A stretch of DNA of 64,000 bases, taken from NCBI GenBank assembly GCA_027621535.1, contig JAQCBB010000001.1, positions 4,552 to 68,551 on the forward strand. The letters run 5' to 3'. The notes beneath the pieces were generated by a model. It did no database searches, was not told where the DNA came from, and saw only the letters and a program-made list of their open reading frames with translations. Of the stretch, positions 1 to 10,387 are shown piece by piece. The translations under genes and the position numbers were made by a program. The stretch comes from Pseudomonadota bacterium (lineage in GTDB: Bacteria > Pseudomonadota > Gammaproteobacteria > Burkholderiales > Methylophilaceae). Within the stretch, counting starts at the first letter, position 1. The number at the start of each line of letters is the position of its first letter.

Positions 1-1
1 T

Positions 2-949
2 ATTGATTTATATGGTCAAAAAAGAAATGGCGATGAAATTGATCATCCTTACATTCATTACGCTGCTGCTATACAAAAAAAATTAGAAGATATTGCATTA
101 GAGATGATTGAGTATTATCTTGGAGATATAATTCGTGAAACTGGAAAAATCTGCATGGCGGGTGGAGTTGCCTTGAACGTTAAACTGAATCAAAAAATAA
201 TAAACTTACCTCATGTCAAAGAGCTCTTTGTTCAACCAGCAGCTGGTGACTCAGGAACTGCTCTTGGTGCTGCAACATATATTGCATCATTAGATAAAAA
301 AGATTCAAAAAAGCTATCCAGAATGGATCATGTTTATTATGGACCAGCATTTTCTTCAAAAGAATGTATAGAAGCCTGCAAAAATCATAACGCAAAACCA
401 AAATTTACAAAAATAAAAGATCCAGCCAAGGTTGGAGCCGAAATACTGGCTGCAGGTAACCCTCTAGCTTGGTTTCAGGGACGCATGGAGTTTGGACCCA
501 GGGCGCTTGGGTGTCGAAGTATTTTAGGCGATCCAACCACACCAAAAATTTCAGATAAAATTAATACGCAAATAAAATACAGGGAACGATGGAGACCTTT
601 TTGTCCAAGCGTATTAGAAGAAGATGCTGAATCAATCATCGGTTCAAAACATCCATCTCCATTCATGACATTCACATTTAATGTGCAACCAGAGTGGATC
701 AAAAGAATACCTGAAGTAGTTCATGAAGATAAAACAATCAGAGTTCAGGTTGTGCAACAAAAAACAAATAAAGTATACTATCAACTGCTTAGAAACTTTA
801 AGAAATTAAAGGGTGTCCCGGTGGTTCTAAATACTTCACTCAATAGGCGAGGTGAGCCGATGGTCTGCTCACCACAAGATGCATTAAATATGTTTTATGG
901 ATGTGACCTAGAATTCATGTTGATGGAAGATGTTCTAGTTACAAAATAA
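2..949 (+). CDS. Carbamoyltransferase, NodU/CmcH family (C-terminal part; 5' end lies upstream of the window)
   Basis: Frame 2 is open from nt 2 (IDLYGQKRNGDEIDHPYIHYAAAIQKK... precedes the first Met of ORF 104..949). It carries the family motifs QPAAGDSGTALGAA, WFQGRMEFGPRALGCRSILGDP, RERWRPFCPSVL and LNTSLNRRGEPMVCSP. Confidence 0.8.
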   Translation: MDLYGQKRNGDEIDHPYIHYAAAIQKKLEDIALEMIEYYLGDIIRETGKICMAGGVALNVKLNQKIINLPHVKELFVQPAAGDSGTALGAATYIASLDKKDSKKLSRMDHVYYGPAFSSKECIEACKNHNAKPKFTKIKDPAKVGAEILAAGNPLAWFQGRMEFGPRALGCRSILGDPTTPKISDKINTQIKYRERWRPFCPSVLEEDAESIIGSKHPSPFMTFTFNVQPEWIKRIPEVVHEDKTIRVQVVQQKTNKVYYQLLRNFKKLKGVPVVLNTSLNRRGEPMVCSPQDALNMFYGCDLEFMLMEDVLVTK

Positions 950-963
950 AAAAAGAATAACCA

Positions 964-2778
964 ATGAAAAATTCAATATTAGAGCTTACTGAAAAAATTA
1001 AAGAAAAAAGTCGTCCAACGCGAACAGCATATTTAAAAAGAGTGAAAGCCATGCAAAATCGTGTTCGAGGTGCTGATCGTCTTGGATGTGCTAATGTTGC
1101 TCATGCATTTGCCTCTTTACCTGTCGATAAAAGACTGACTATCATTGAGGAAAAAAAACCAAACATTGCGGTCGTAACTGCATATAACGATATGCTATCA
1201 GCTCACAAACCTTATGAAACTTATCCTGACCTCATTCGTTCAGTTGCACATCAAAATGGTGCGACAGTTCAAGTAGCAGCGGGTGTTCCTGCGATGTGTG
1301 ATGGTGTAACTCAGGGCGAGCCTGGAATGGAATTAAGTTTATTTTCAAGAGATACAATTGCCATGAGTACCTCGGTAGGTTTATCACATGACGTTTTTGA
1401 CGGATCACTTCTTCTTGGTATTTGCGATAAGATTGTTCCTGGGCTACTAATTGGAGCTCTTCATTTTGGACATCTACCGAGCATTTTTATCCCGGCAGGT
1501 CCAATGGCAACCGGAATCGATAATACATCTAAATCAAAAGTTCGCGAACAGTATGCGTTAGGTAAAGTTGGACGTAAGGAGCTCTTAGATTCTGAGTCAA
1601 AAGCATATCATGGAGAGGGCACCTGTACATTTTATGGTACGGCTAACAGTAATCAAATGTTACTCGAGGCGATGGGTCTGCATGTTCCGGGTGCTGCGTT
1701 TATTCATCCAAAAGATGACGCCAGAGACATATTGACTTCTGAGGCTGTAACACTGCTTATAAATAATATAAAAGATAAAAAATCATATGCTTTGGGTGAG
1801 ATGGTCGATGAGAAGGTAATTATTAATGCCATGGCTGCTTTATTAGCCACGGGTGGATCAACCAATCATTTGATTCATTGGGTTGCCATTGCCAGAGCAG
1901 CAGGGATAATTATTGATTGGACAGATTTTCATTATCTTGCAAAAGATGTCCCACTTTTAGCAAGCGTATATCCAAATGGCATTGCTGATGTAAATCAATT
2001 TCAAGGTGCCGGTGGTCCGAGCTTTGTTATTAGAGAATTGCTAGACAATGGTTGTATGTTTGATGATGTTCTCACCGTCTACGGACAGGGAATGGAAAAG
2101 TATGGTCAGAAGCTATCCGTTATTGAAAAGAAAATATCATGGAGTAAGTTTCCCAAAAATTCAGGAGATGACTCAATCATTAGAACCCACGATAATCCTT
2201 TCTCATCAACAGGAGGCTTAAAACTTCTTAAAGGAAATGTTGGCAGATCAGTTATGAAAACTTCAGCCATTCCTGAGGAAAAACATATAATTGAGGGGCC
2301 AGCCATGATTTTTGATTCGCAAGAAGAATTATTAGAGGCGTTCGATGAGGGAAAGTTAGAAAAAGATTTTATAGCTGTTGTTCGATTTCAAGGACCAAAA
2401 GCAAATGGTATGCCTGAGCTTCATAAGCTAACACCGCCTTTATCTGTCCTTCAAAATAAAGGTTTTAAAGTGGCAATTGTTACTGATGGACGCATGAGTG
2501 GCGCTTCAGGAAAAGTACCTGCTGCAATTCATATGAGCCCAGAAGCTGCCTTGGGAGGAGCTATTGCAAAAATTAAAGAGGGGGACATGATTAGAATTAA
2601 TGCAATTGTGGGATCACTCAATGTCTTAGTTGATGAAGACACTTGGTATGAAAGAAAAATTGAAACATTATCAGAGAGCAAAAAACATAGCAATGCACAC
2701 GATATGGGTAGAGAGCTTTTTGGGGCATTAAGAAAAAATGTACTCACTGCTGAAGAAGGAGCGGTTACATGGATATAA
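964..2778 (+). CDS. edd: Phosphogluconate dehydratase (Entner-Doudoroff)
   Basis: The 604-aa product is an IlvD/Edd family member of Edd length and has the Edd-type N-terminus (ITERSRPTR-like ...RVRGADRLGCANVAHAFA). It lies directly upstream of eda. ATG at 964. Confidence 0.9.
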   Translation: MKNSILELTEKIKEKSRPTRTAYLKRVKAMQNRVRGADRLGCANVAHAFASLPVDKRLTIIEEKKPNIAVVTAYNDMLSAHKPYETYPDLIRSVAHQNGATVQVAAGVPAMCDGVTQGEPGMELSLFSRDTIAMSTSVGLSHDVFDGSLLLGICDKIVPGLLIGALHFGHLPSIFIPAGPMATGIDNTSKSKVREQYALGKVGRKELLDSESKAYHGEGTCTFYGTANSNQMLLEAMGLHVPGAAFIHPKDDARDILTSEAVTLLINNIKDKKSYALGEMVDEKVIINAMAALLATGGSTNHLIHWVAIARAAGIIIDWTDFHYLAKDVPLLASVYPNGIADVNQFQGAGGPSFVIRELLDNGCMFDDVLTVYGQGMEKYGQKLSVIEKKISWSKFPKNSGDDSIIRTHDNPFSSTGGLKLLKGNVGRSVMKTSAIPEEKHIIEGPAMIFDSQEELLEAFDEGKLEKDFIAVVRFQGPKANGMPELHKLTPPLSVLQNKGFKVAIVTDGRMSGASGKVPAAIHMSPEAALGGAIAKIKEGDMIRINAIVGSLNVLVDEDTWYERKIETLSESKKHSNAHDMGRELFGALRKNVLTAEEGAVTWI

Positions 2779-2792
2779 ATAGAAAGAGATAA

Positions 2793-3416
2793 ATGAATAC
2801 AATTGATTTGGCGAATTATGGGCCGGTAATACCGGTAATTGTAATTAATAAAATAGACGATGCACTCCCAATTGCAGAGTCACTTTTAGAGGGTGGAATA
2901 AGAGTCCTTGAAGTTACAATGAGATCAAATTGTGCTCTTGATGCTATTGAATTAATTTCACATAAGTTACCCGACGCGATTGTGGGTGCTGGTACTTTGC
3001 GATCAAAGGCTGACGCCATACAAGCAAAAAATGCTGGATCAAAGTTTGCTGTAAGCCCAGGATTTACTGTCGATTTATCGAACGAATGTAAAAGAATTGA
3101 TCTGCCTTTGTTGCCTGGAGTTTCAACAGGAAGCGAAGTCATGATGGCCGCTGATGAAGGTTATGATTTTTTAAAGCTTTTTCCTGCAGTTGCAGTAGGT
3201 GGAGTTAATCTTCTTCGTGGGTTTGCTGGACCATTTGCCAATATTCAATTTTGTCCAACAGGGGGGATAAAAGTTGAAACGGCTATAGATTTTTTATCAC
3301 TTCCTAATGTCCCTGTTTGTGGGGGCACTTGGTTGACACCAAATGATCTTGTTGAAAAAAAAGATTGGGCTGAAATTAAAAAACTCGCTCAAGAGGCGTC
3401 CTCAATTAAGTTTTGA
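2793..3416 (+). CDS. eda: 2-dehydro-3-deoxyphosphogluconate (KDPG) aldolase
   Basis: The 207-aa product has VIPVIVI...A.PIAESLLEGGIRVLEVTMRS and a KLFPA motif typical of Eda, and the gene is adjacent to edd. Confidence 0.9.
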   Translation: MNTIDLANYGPVIPVIVINKIDDALPIAESLLEGGIRVLEVTMRSNCALDAIELISHKLPDAIVGAGTLRSKADAIQAKNAGSKFAVSPGFTVDLSNECKRIDLPLLPGVSTGSEVMMAADEGYDFLKLFPAVAVGGVNLLRGFAGPFANIQFCPTGGIKVETAIDFLSLPNVPVCGGTWLTPNDLVEKKDWAEIKKLAQEASSIKF

Positions 3417-4072
3417 TGGATTTTTCAAAATATAAAACACTCATCTTCGATTGCGATGGAGTCCTTTTAAATTCCAACTTTAAAAAATCAGAAGCCTATA
3501 AACTTGCTGGATTAGATTATGGTGCATCAGAAAATCAAGCTGATGAATTAGTTAAATACCATATCAAAAATACTGGTGTATCCCGTTACATTAAATTTAA
3601 GTACTTCCTGACCGATATCATGATGGAACCATATGCTGATAGAAATTTTCAATTTTTAATTGATGCATTAAATAAACATGTACTTCAGGTTTTAAATCAA
3701 TGTGAAGTAACTCCAGACCTCGATAAGTTAAGAAAATTGACAGAAAATCAACACTGGATGGTTATGAGTGGAGGAGATCAGAATGAAGTTCAGGCTCTTT
3801 TAATGCAAAAAAAAATTGATCAATTTTTTGATTATGGAATATATGGAAGCCCTGATTCAAAACATGAAATTATTCAATATCATCAAACAACCAATGATGA
3901 TTTTATGCCCGCTTTATTTTTTGGAGATTCTGAATACGATATGACCACTGCTGAAAAATTTAACTTAGACTTTATCTTTGTATCAGCATGGACAGATTTT
4001 AAAAATTGGAAGGAAGTGGTTTCGAAAAAAAATATAAAAACCGTAAGTTATTTAAACGAGTTAATGATCTAG
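3416..4072 (+). CDS. HAD-superfamily hydrolase (phosphatase-like)
   Basis: The product has HAD motif I (LIFDCDGVLLNS) and a C-terminal FFGDSEYD motif. The ORF track starts at TTG 3413; I prefer ATG 3416, which overlaps the eda TGA as TGATG. Confidence 0.7.
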   Translation: MDFSKYKTLIFDCDGVLLNSNFKKSEAYKLAGLDYGASENQADELVKYHIKNTGVSRYIKFKYFLTDIMMEPYADRNFQFLIDALNKHVLQVLNQCEVTPDLDKLRKLTENQHWMVMSGGDQNEVQALLMQKKIDQFFDYGIYGSPDSKHEIIQYHQTTNDDFMPALFFGDSEYDMTTAEKFNLDFIFVSAWTDFKNWKEVVSKKNIKTVSYLNELMI

Positions 4073-4852
4073 ACGATCATCTTTTAAAATGTCGATAATT
4101 TCTTTCTTATTCATATAGCTAAAATAGTTTTTTAGTGATTTACCTGCTGAGCGAATATTAAATTCAGCATTAATGGCTTGTGTTGCATGATTAATATGGT
4201 TGACATATTTATTTAGATGATCAGGTTTTAAAAATATCATCTCATAGCCAGCCAGTTTCATTTTTTCATGCAAAACTTTACCTGCACTTTCGTTTTTGTC
4301 TGAGAATGATGATTTAACTGATTTAATATATCTGACTCGATAGGCTGCGCAATGGCTCCTAATGTAGTGATAATTTTTATCAAACCTCTGGCGATTAATC
4401 TTTTTATTTAAAAGAAGCTTAAAAAAATATTCAATTTTTTTACCTAAAATTTTTAAAAAACCATCTATTTCCAGCTTCCATGATCCAACCCCTCCCACAT
4501 TTTTATTTTCAAATGGCTGCAGTAAAATATTCAACCAATTAGGATGAATCACAAATGTGTCGGTATGGATAGTAATAACAAATGGGGTAGTAACTTTGGT
4601 GAGAGCTAAATCTAATGCTCTTGCATGTGACATTGGGCCGCCTTCGCCGTTAACACCCTTTCGTTCAATTAATTCAATCCAGTTAAGACTTCTGAGATAT
4701 TTTGTTGAATCATCTCTTGAATCATTATCAATTACAATGACGTGAACCTTATTAAGATCTGTATTTTTTTTAATTAATCTTAAACAAACTTTTGTGAGCT
4801 TTAGGGTTTTGTAATTGGGAACTAAAACGGTAACTATTTTTTTGTTGCACAT
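4061..4852 (-). CDS. Glycosyltransferase family 2
   Basis: The N-terminus VTVLVPNYKT...VIVIDNDSRDDS is the GT2 (GT-A) signature. The gene is last in the hldD-hldE-waaF chain. Its 3' end overlaps the convergent HAD gene by 12 nt. Confidence 0.75.
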   Translation of the reverse strand: MCNKKIVTVLVPNYKTLKLTKVCLRLIKKNTDLNKVHVIVIDNDSRDDSTKYLRSLNWIELIERKGVNGEGGPMSHARALDLALTKVTTPFVITIHTDTFVIHPNWLNILLQPFENKNVGGVGSWKLEIDGFLKILGKKIEYFFKLLLNKKINRQRFDKNYHYIRSHCAAYRVRYIKSVKSSFSDKNESAGKVLHEKMKLAGYEMIFLKPDHLNKYVNHINHATQAINAEFNIRSAGKSLKNYFSYMNKKEIIDILKDDRLDH

Positions 4853-5838
4853 AATATTCTATTGGCTACTTCACTTTCATTAATTAAGTTCATGCAATTA
4901 AAATGATTCAAAGGACATTCTCTTTTAAAGCATGGACTGCATTCTAAATTTAAATAATTAATAAAAGAGTTTTTATTTACCGGAGGAGTATGCTGTGGAT
5001 CTGAGGATCCAAAAAAAGACTCTTGGTTGAGTTTAAGGGCGGCAGCAATATGCATTAATCCTGAATCATTACTCAGAAAATATTTAGAAAGACTAAAAAT
5101 ATCAATACAATTTTTTAACGATGTTTTCCCGGTAATATCAAAACATTGAAAATTTGTGAGTTCATTAATTTGATGATTTATTTTTTCATCATTTTTTGAA
5201 CCCACCAGTAGAATATGAAATCCTTTCTCTATAAGCTTTATTGCTATATTGGCATATTTTTGTTGAGGTAAAATTTTGGCAGGTCCATATTCTGCTCCCC
5301 CTGCAATAATAACTAATTTCTTATGAGGTATTTTTCTTTTAGATAAAAATTTAATCCCTTCGGCTTTATTAAATTTTATTGATGGGGTTATAATTTTAGG
5401 TTTTTCGTAGTTTTTAGATCGAGAAAGTACAGTAAATTTTTCAATTGTCGGTAGGGCGTTATTCTGAAGAGAATTATTAAGAAATAATCCGCGCCGCTCT
5501 CCAATGTAGCCGGTGCGAAGCTTAATATTTGCAAATAAAATTGAGAATAATGATTTAAAAGTATTTACTAAAAAAATACATTCAGAATAGTTTTCTTTTT
5601 TGAGCGAGAAACTCAGTCTAATTCTTTTGATGAGGTCTAACTTCCCATGAGAAAAATCTAGAGGTATTATTTTATCAATTTCAGGAAATCGATTTGCAAT
5701 ATCAATTGACCATCTTGGCGCAGCTAAATGAATAATACACCGGGGATTTCTTTTTTTTAAATTCGAAAAAAGTGACTTGGCCATCATCATATCGCCTACC
5801 CATGATGGACCAAAAATTAAGATTTTTTCACGATTCAC
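4834..5838 (-). CDS. waaF: ADP-heptose:LPS heptosyltransferase II
   Basis: GT9 family. ILIFGPSWVGDMMMAKSLF matches the WaaF N-terminal motif, and there is a C-terminal NDSGLMHIAAAL motif. The start codon is GTG at 5838. Confidence 0.85.
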   Translation of the reverse strand: MNREKILIFGPSWVGDMMMAKSLFSNLKKRNPRCIIHLAAPRWSIDIANRFPEIDKIIPLDFSHGKLDLIKRIRLSFSLKKENYSECIFLVNTFKSLFSILFANIKLRTGYIGERRGLFLNNSLQNNALPTIEKFTVLSRSKNYEKPKIITPSIKFNKAEGIKFLSKRKIPHKKLVIIAGGAEYGPAKILPQQKYANIAIKLIEKGFHILLVGSKNDEKINHQINELTNFQCFDITGKTSLKNCIDIFSLSKYFLSNDSGLMHIAAALKLNQESFFGSSDPQHTPPVNKNSFINYLNLECSPCFKRECPLNHFNCMNLINESEVANRILCATKK

Positions 5839-7291
5839 TTTGATTAATTTTTTTGATTATATTTGAACTACTTTGTCCAGGTATCAATTCTATGAGCCTA
5901 ACCTCGCCCCTCCATTTTTTTATCTCTTTGTGACCAACTACCTCGGATACTTTATAATCATTCCCTTTGATTAATAAATTTGGTTGAATCAATTGAATCA
6001 GCTTTATTGGGGTGTTTTCGTCAAAAAATACAACAGCATCAATGGAGGATAGCCCAGCTAACACTTTTGCTCTATTTTGCTCATCAACAATAGGTCTTAA
6101 AGGTCCTTTGATCTTTTTAATAGAACGATCTGTATTTAAAGCTAATATTAAAAAATCTACTTGTTTTTTTGCTTCTGCAAGATAAGTAACATGGCCAGAA
6201 TGAAGAATATCAAAACAGCCATTGGTAAACCCTATGCTCTTATGATTTTTTTTGAGCACCTTAACTACTTCGATAATCTTTTCAGCAGAAAATATTTTTT
6301 CATGATTGCCATTTAAATCTTTTTCAAAAATATAAGATTCCAAATCATTTAAATTTATCGCCTCTGTCCCAATTTTTTGAATTACAATCCCAGCAGTAAG
6401 GTTTGCTAATTGAATAGAAGTTTCCATGTCAAGGCCAGCATGCAACGCAGCTGCAATTGTTGCGATGACGGTATCTCCAGCCCCGGAAACATCAAACACT
6501 TGTTTTGGTGATATCGCCGGAAATTGTTTTTTTGATTTAGATGTAAAAAGACTAATACCTTGTTCACCATTTGTGACGATGAGATTATCAATATGATTTT
6601 TTTGCATTAGTTGAATTAAGTGTTTTTCATGTTTACTATCGTTATTGTCGATGCCAGTAAAGACAAGGGCTTCTTTGCTATTCGGAGTGATTGCAAATGA
6701 CTCTCGATACTTATCCATATTGCTTGTTTTGGGATCGGCAATCACTTTCACACCAATTTTATTAGCTTTTTGAATGATTTTTTGACATAAATCAAAAGAT
6801 AGAAAGCCTTTGGCATAGTCAGATAAAATAATAATGGAAATATTTTTTGTAATTTGATTTAATATTTTTTGCTCATCATTTTTATTCAGAGAGATAGAAT
6901 TACTATCAAAGTCTTGACGAATTAGCTGTTGACCAGAGGCAATGCTCCTTACTTTGGTTGTAGTCTGATCACTTTTTTTAAAAACTAAATTTGATTTAAT
7001 TTTTTTTGTTTTTAATATGTTTAAAAAGCTTTCACCATTGGTATCATTACCAACTGCACCAATTAAAGTGGTTTGAACTCCCAAATTTATTAGGTTATTT
7101 GCAACGTTACCAGCCCCTCCCAGACGATTTTCTATTTTTTTTGCTTTTAAGATTGGAACGGGCGCTTCTGGGGATATGCGATTAATTTCTCCAAAAATAT
7201 ATTGATCTAACATTAAGTCACCAATCACTAAAATACTTTTTTTTGTGGCTTTAATTTTTGCAATAAGCTCGTTGTATATATGTTTGTTCAT
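5828..7291 (-). CDS. hldE: Bifunctional D-beta-D-heptose 7-phosphate kinase / heptose 1-phosphate adenylyltransferase
   Basis: The 487-aa product has an N-terminal PfkB-type sugar kinase domain (GAGDTV) and a C-terminal cytidylyltransferase domain (GFTNGCFDILHSGH). Confidence 0.92.
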   Translation of the reverse strand: MNKHIYNELIAKIKATKKSILVIGDLMLDQYIFGEINRISPEAPVPILKAKKIENRLGGAGNVANNLINLGVQTTLIGAVGNDTNGESFLNILKTKKIKSNLVFKKSDQTTTKVRSIASGQQLIRQDFDSNSISLNKNDEQKILNQITKNISIIILSDYAKGFLSFDLCQKIIQKANKIGVKVIADPKTSNMDKYRESFAITPNSKEALVFTGIDNNDSKHEKHLIQLMQKNHIDNLIVTNGEQGISLFTSKSKKQFPAISPKQVFDVSGAGDTVIATIAAALHAGLDMETSIQLANLTAGIVIQKIGTEAINLNDLESYIFEKDLNGNHEKIFSAEKIIEVVKVLKKNHKSIGFTNGCFDILHSGHVTYLAEAKKQVDFLILALNTDRSIKKIKGPLRPIVDEQNRAKVLAGLSSIDAVVFFDENTPIKLIQLIQPNLLIKGNDYKVSEVVGHKEIKKWRGEVRLIELIPGQSSSNIIKKINQSES

Positions 7292-8268
7292 AAATATATA
7301 TCTTCTTGTGATAGATGATTTTGATAATAATCTGTAACACCTTCAGATAGATCCATAAAATTTTTACTGTAGCCAGAATTCCTTAGTTTATCAATTTTTG
7401 CTTCAGTAAAATATTGATACTTTCCATCCAAATCAGGGGGCATGTCAATAAATTTAATCTGATCTTCAGAGGCTTTTTCATTTTTAATAAGTGTTAGAGC
7501 TAGTTCAAAAAAAGTTTGTGCTTTGCCAGTACCAATATTAAAAATTCCACTCTCACATTTTGATAATAATAAATGGACCATTGCACTTACAGCATCTTTG
7601 ACATAGATGAAGTCTCGCAATTGTTGCCCATCTTTAAAATCTGGATGATTGCTTTTAAATAAATTGATATTCCCAGTACTTTTTATTTGATTATAGGCAT
7701 GATAAACGACACTGGCCATGCGCCCTTTATGATACTCATTCGGACCATAGACATTAAAAAACTTACAACCAGCCCAGAAGGGAGGAGCGACATAATTTTC
7801 AGCCATTGACATTGCCCACTGGTCAAAAAAATATTTTGAATAACCATAAGCATTCAGAGGGAATAAGTCAGATTGAATGTTGTCTTCATAACCTTGCGTG
7901 CCATCCCCATAAGTTGCCGCTGAGCTCGCATACACAAGCGGCAATTTTTTTTCTGTACAGAATTTCCACAATTGTTGAGAAAAACGAATGTTATCTTGAA
8001 TGAGGCGTGACATTTTTTTTTCTGTCGTTGCACTAATTGCACCCATGTGAATTATCCCATCAATTTTATTTTCAGGAATTTGTTTTATGAAGCTGAAAAA
8101 CTGATTTTTTTGGATGAATTCTTTGTAATTTCTTTTATGAAAATTTTTTTCTTGATTTTCGTTGGCCAGATCATCGCACAGGATCAGATGATCTTCTTTA
8201 AGAATTTCATTGAAGTGCCAGGCAGTCACGCTGCCAATCATGCCTGCTGCCCCAGTGATAATGATCAT
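7288..8268 (-). CDS. hldD: ADP-L-glycero-D-manno-heptose 6-epimerase
   Basis: The 326-aa product is an SDR-type epimerase with the N-terminal Rossmann motif IIITGAAGMIGS and YGYSK. It sits in the heptose cluster. Confidence 0.9.
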   Translation of the reverse strand: MIIITGAAGMIGSVTAWHFNEILKEDHLILCDDLANENQEKNFHKRNYKEFIQKNQFFSFIKQIPENKIDGIIHMGAISATTEKKMSRLIQDNIRFSQQLWKFCTEKKLPLVYASSAATYGDGTQGYEDNIQSDLFPLNAYGYSKYFFDQWAMSMAENYVAPPFWAGCKFFNVYGPNEYHKGRMASVVYHAYNQIKSTGNINLFKSNHPDFKDGQQLRDFIYVKDAVSAMVHLLLSKCESGIFNIGTGKAQTFFELALTLIKNEKASEDQIKFIDMPPDLDGKYQYFTEAKIDKLRNSGYSKNFMDLSEGVTDYYQNHLSQEDIYL

Positions 8269-9377
8269 GTGCTTTGTTTAACCTTCTGATAAGCTTGTTT
8301 TGTTTGCTTGGATGCTTGTTGAATTTGTGATGGCTTAAATTTATAATCCAGCCAACCCTGAAGATGAGACTCAGCAATTTCAAGCATGGCCTTAATCCAC
8401 GCATCATTATTATTTAAGGCAGGTATGTAGCGATATTTATTTGGATCACCACCATGTTCAGCAAAGATTTCACGCCCTTCCATGTTGATTTCTTCAAGAG
8501 TTTCAAGACAGTCACTTGAAAAACCAGGACAAATGACATCAAGTTTTAGATCTTTTTCCTGCCCCATTTTCTTTAAAGTTTCTGCAAAGTAGGGTTTTAA
8601 CCACTCCGCTTTACCAAATCGAGATTGAAAGCAAACAAGTGATTCATGTTCTCTTAATTTTAATTTGTTTCGAAGTAAGCGTGCTGTTTTATGACATTCG
8701 CAATGATAAGGGTCACCCTGCATTAATGATTTCATGGGCACCCCATGGAAGCTAAAAATTAATTTATTTGATTTTCCACTCTTACTCCAATAGTTTTGAA
8801 TAGATTGGGCAATAGCATTTATATAAGATGGATGATCATGATAGTTTCTAATGACTCGTATTTCAGGGATATTTCTTGTTTTAATTAATTTTTTGAATAA
8901 ACCATCCATGGCAGCTCCAGAGGATGAGGAGGCGTATTGAGGATAAAGTGGAAAAAATAAGATTTTGGTACAATTTTTTGCTTTTAATTTATCAACAGCA
9001 CTTGCTATTGAGGGTTGACCATAGCTCATCCCAATTTCCACTTCTAGAGGCTGTTTAAACTTTTTTTTGATCTCTTTTTCAAAAGCTATTTTTTGATTGT
9101 TAAGGTTGACATACAGAGGCGAACCATTTTTTGTCCAAATGGATTGGTATTTTTTTGCACTGGCGCTTGGGCGAAAAACTAAAATGATGAAATGTAATAT
9201 CCAACACCAAATAAAACGTGGAATTTCAACAACACGGCGATCCATTAAAAATTGTTGTAAATACTTTCTTAATGCTGCAGAAGTGGGTTTTTCAGGAGTT
9301 CCCAGATTGGCTAGAATAATGCCGAATTTAGGAATATCTCCATGTGAGTAGTCTGGCTCTTTTTGATAGTAGCTCAT
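8265..9377 (-). CDS. hemH: Ferrochelatase
   Basis: ILANLGTPEKPTSAALRKYLQQFLMDRRVVEIPR is the classical ferrochelatase N-terminal block. The product is 370 aa. Confidence 0.92.
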   Translation of the reverse strand: MSYYQKEPDYSHGDIPKFGIILANLGTPEKPTSAALRKYLQQFLMDRRVVEIPRFIWCWILHFIILVFRPSASAKKYQSIWTKNGSPLYVNLNNQKIAFEKEIKKKFKQPLEVEIGMSYGQPSIASAVDKLKAKNCTKILFFPLYPQYASSSSGAAMDGLFKKLIKTRNIPEIRVIRNYHDHPSYINAIAQSIQNYWSKSGKSNKLIFSFHGVPMKSLMQGDPYHCECHKTARLLRNKLKLREHESLVCFQSRFGKAEWLKPYFAETLKKMGQEKDLKLDVICPGFSSDCLETLEEINMEGREIFAEHGGDPNKYRYIPALNNNDAWIKAMLEIAESHLQGWLDYKFKPSQIQQASKQTKQAYQKVKQST

Positions 9378-10387
9378 GTGATTTTTTTCTGATTATTAAA
9401 GCTTAGCAGTTTAGCAGTAATGTCCACAATTGGAATAACCCTTTCATATGCCATGCGAGTCGGACCGATTACTCCTAATGATCCAATAACCTCACCATCG
9501 ACCTCATAAGGTGAGGTGATAATGCTAAATTCATCAAGACCATGGTAGCCAGACTCTTCACCAATAAATATTTGTACACCAGAGGTGCTTTGACTTTTTT
9601 CAAGAAGGGCCATGAGAGCATTTTTTTTGTCAAAAAGATTAATAATTTTTTTTAAACCGACAAGGTCTTTCGTTAATTCTTCATTATCGATTAGATTTTC
9701 TTTTCCACTGATGAAAATATTTTCATTTGATTCAAGATTGGAAGTATCCATTGCAGATTTCATTAAATCGAACATTTTTTTCTTGGTATCGATAATTTCA
9801 TTATTTATTTTTTGATAGGCCTCTTCTATAGTTAAACCAGAATAGTTATTTGTGAAGTAATTTGAAAATTCAATCAACTCACTTTCGGAGTACTCTTTTT
9901 CAGCATTTAAAATCTTATTCATCACTTGACCGTCACGGGTCACTAATATTGCTAATACTTTATCTTTTGAAAGATTAATAAATTCGATGTGTTTAAAAGT
10001 TGTTTTTTTTATTTTAGGGATTAATATTAACCCGGCATGATGGGTTAGCTTAGAAAGTGTATCGGCTATAGAGTTGGTTACGCTTGACGAAGAGTCTATT
10101 TTTCCAGAAATTATATTTACTTCGTCCTCAGTAGGATTTTTAAAAACCAGCAAAGAATCAACAAAATATCGGTAACCTTTTTTAGTAGGGACTCGACCTG
10201 AGGATGTGTGAAGACTGGAAATAAATCCTTGGTCTTCAAGATTTTTCATAATATTTCTGATGCTTGCAGGACTTAAATCTACATTTGTATGAGCGGACAA
10301 GGTTTTCGAGCCTACAGGTACCCCATCGCTAATATGCTGATCAATTAAAATTTTTAGAAGTTGTTGTGATCTTTTATCCATATGCAT
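9374..10387 (-). CDS. hrcA: Heat-inducible transcription repressor HrcA
   Basis: The product has an N-terminal winged-helix block (RSQQLLKILIDQHISDGVPVGSKTLS ... SPASIRNIMKNLEDQGFI) and is 337 aa. Confidence 0.9.
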   Translation of the reverse strand: MHMDKRSQQLLKILIDQHISDGVPVGSKTLSAHTNVDLSPASIRNIMKNLEDQGFISSLHTSSGRVPTKKGYRYFVDSLLVFKNPTEDEVNIISGKIDSSSSVTNSIADTLSKLTHHAGLILIPKIKKTTFKHIEFINLSKDKVLAILVTRDGQVMNKILNAEKEYSESELIEFSNYFTNNYSGLTIEEAYQKINNEIIDTKKKMFDLMKSAMDTSNLESNENIFISGKENLIDNEELTKDLVGLKKIINLFDKKNALMALLEKSQSTSGVQIFIGEESGYHGLDEFSIITSPYEVDGEVIGSLGVIGPTRMAYERVIPIVDITAKLLSFNNQKKIT

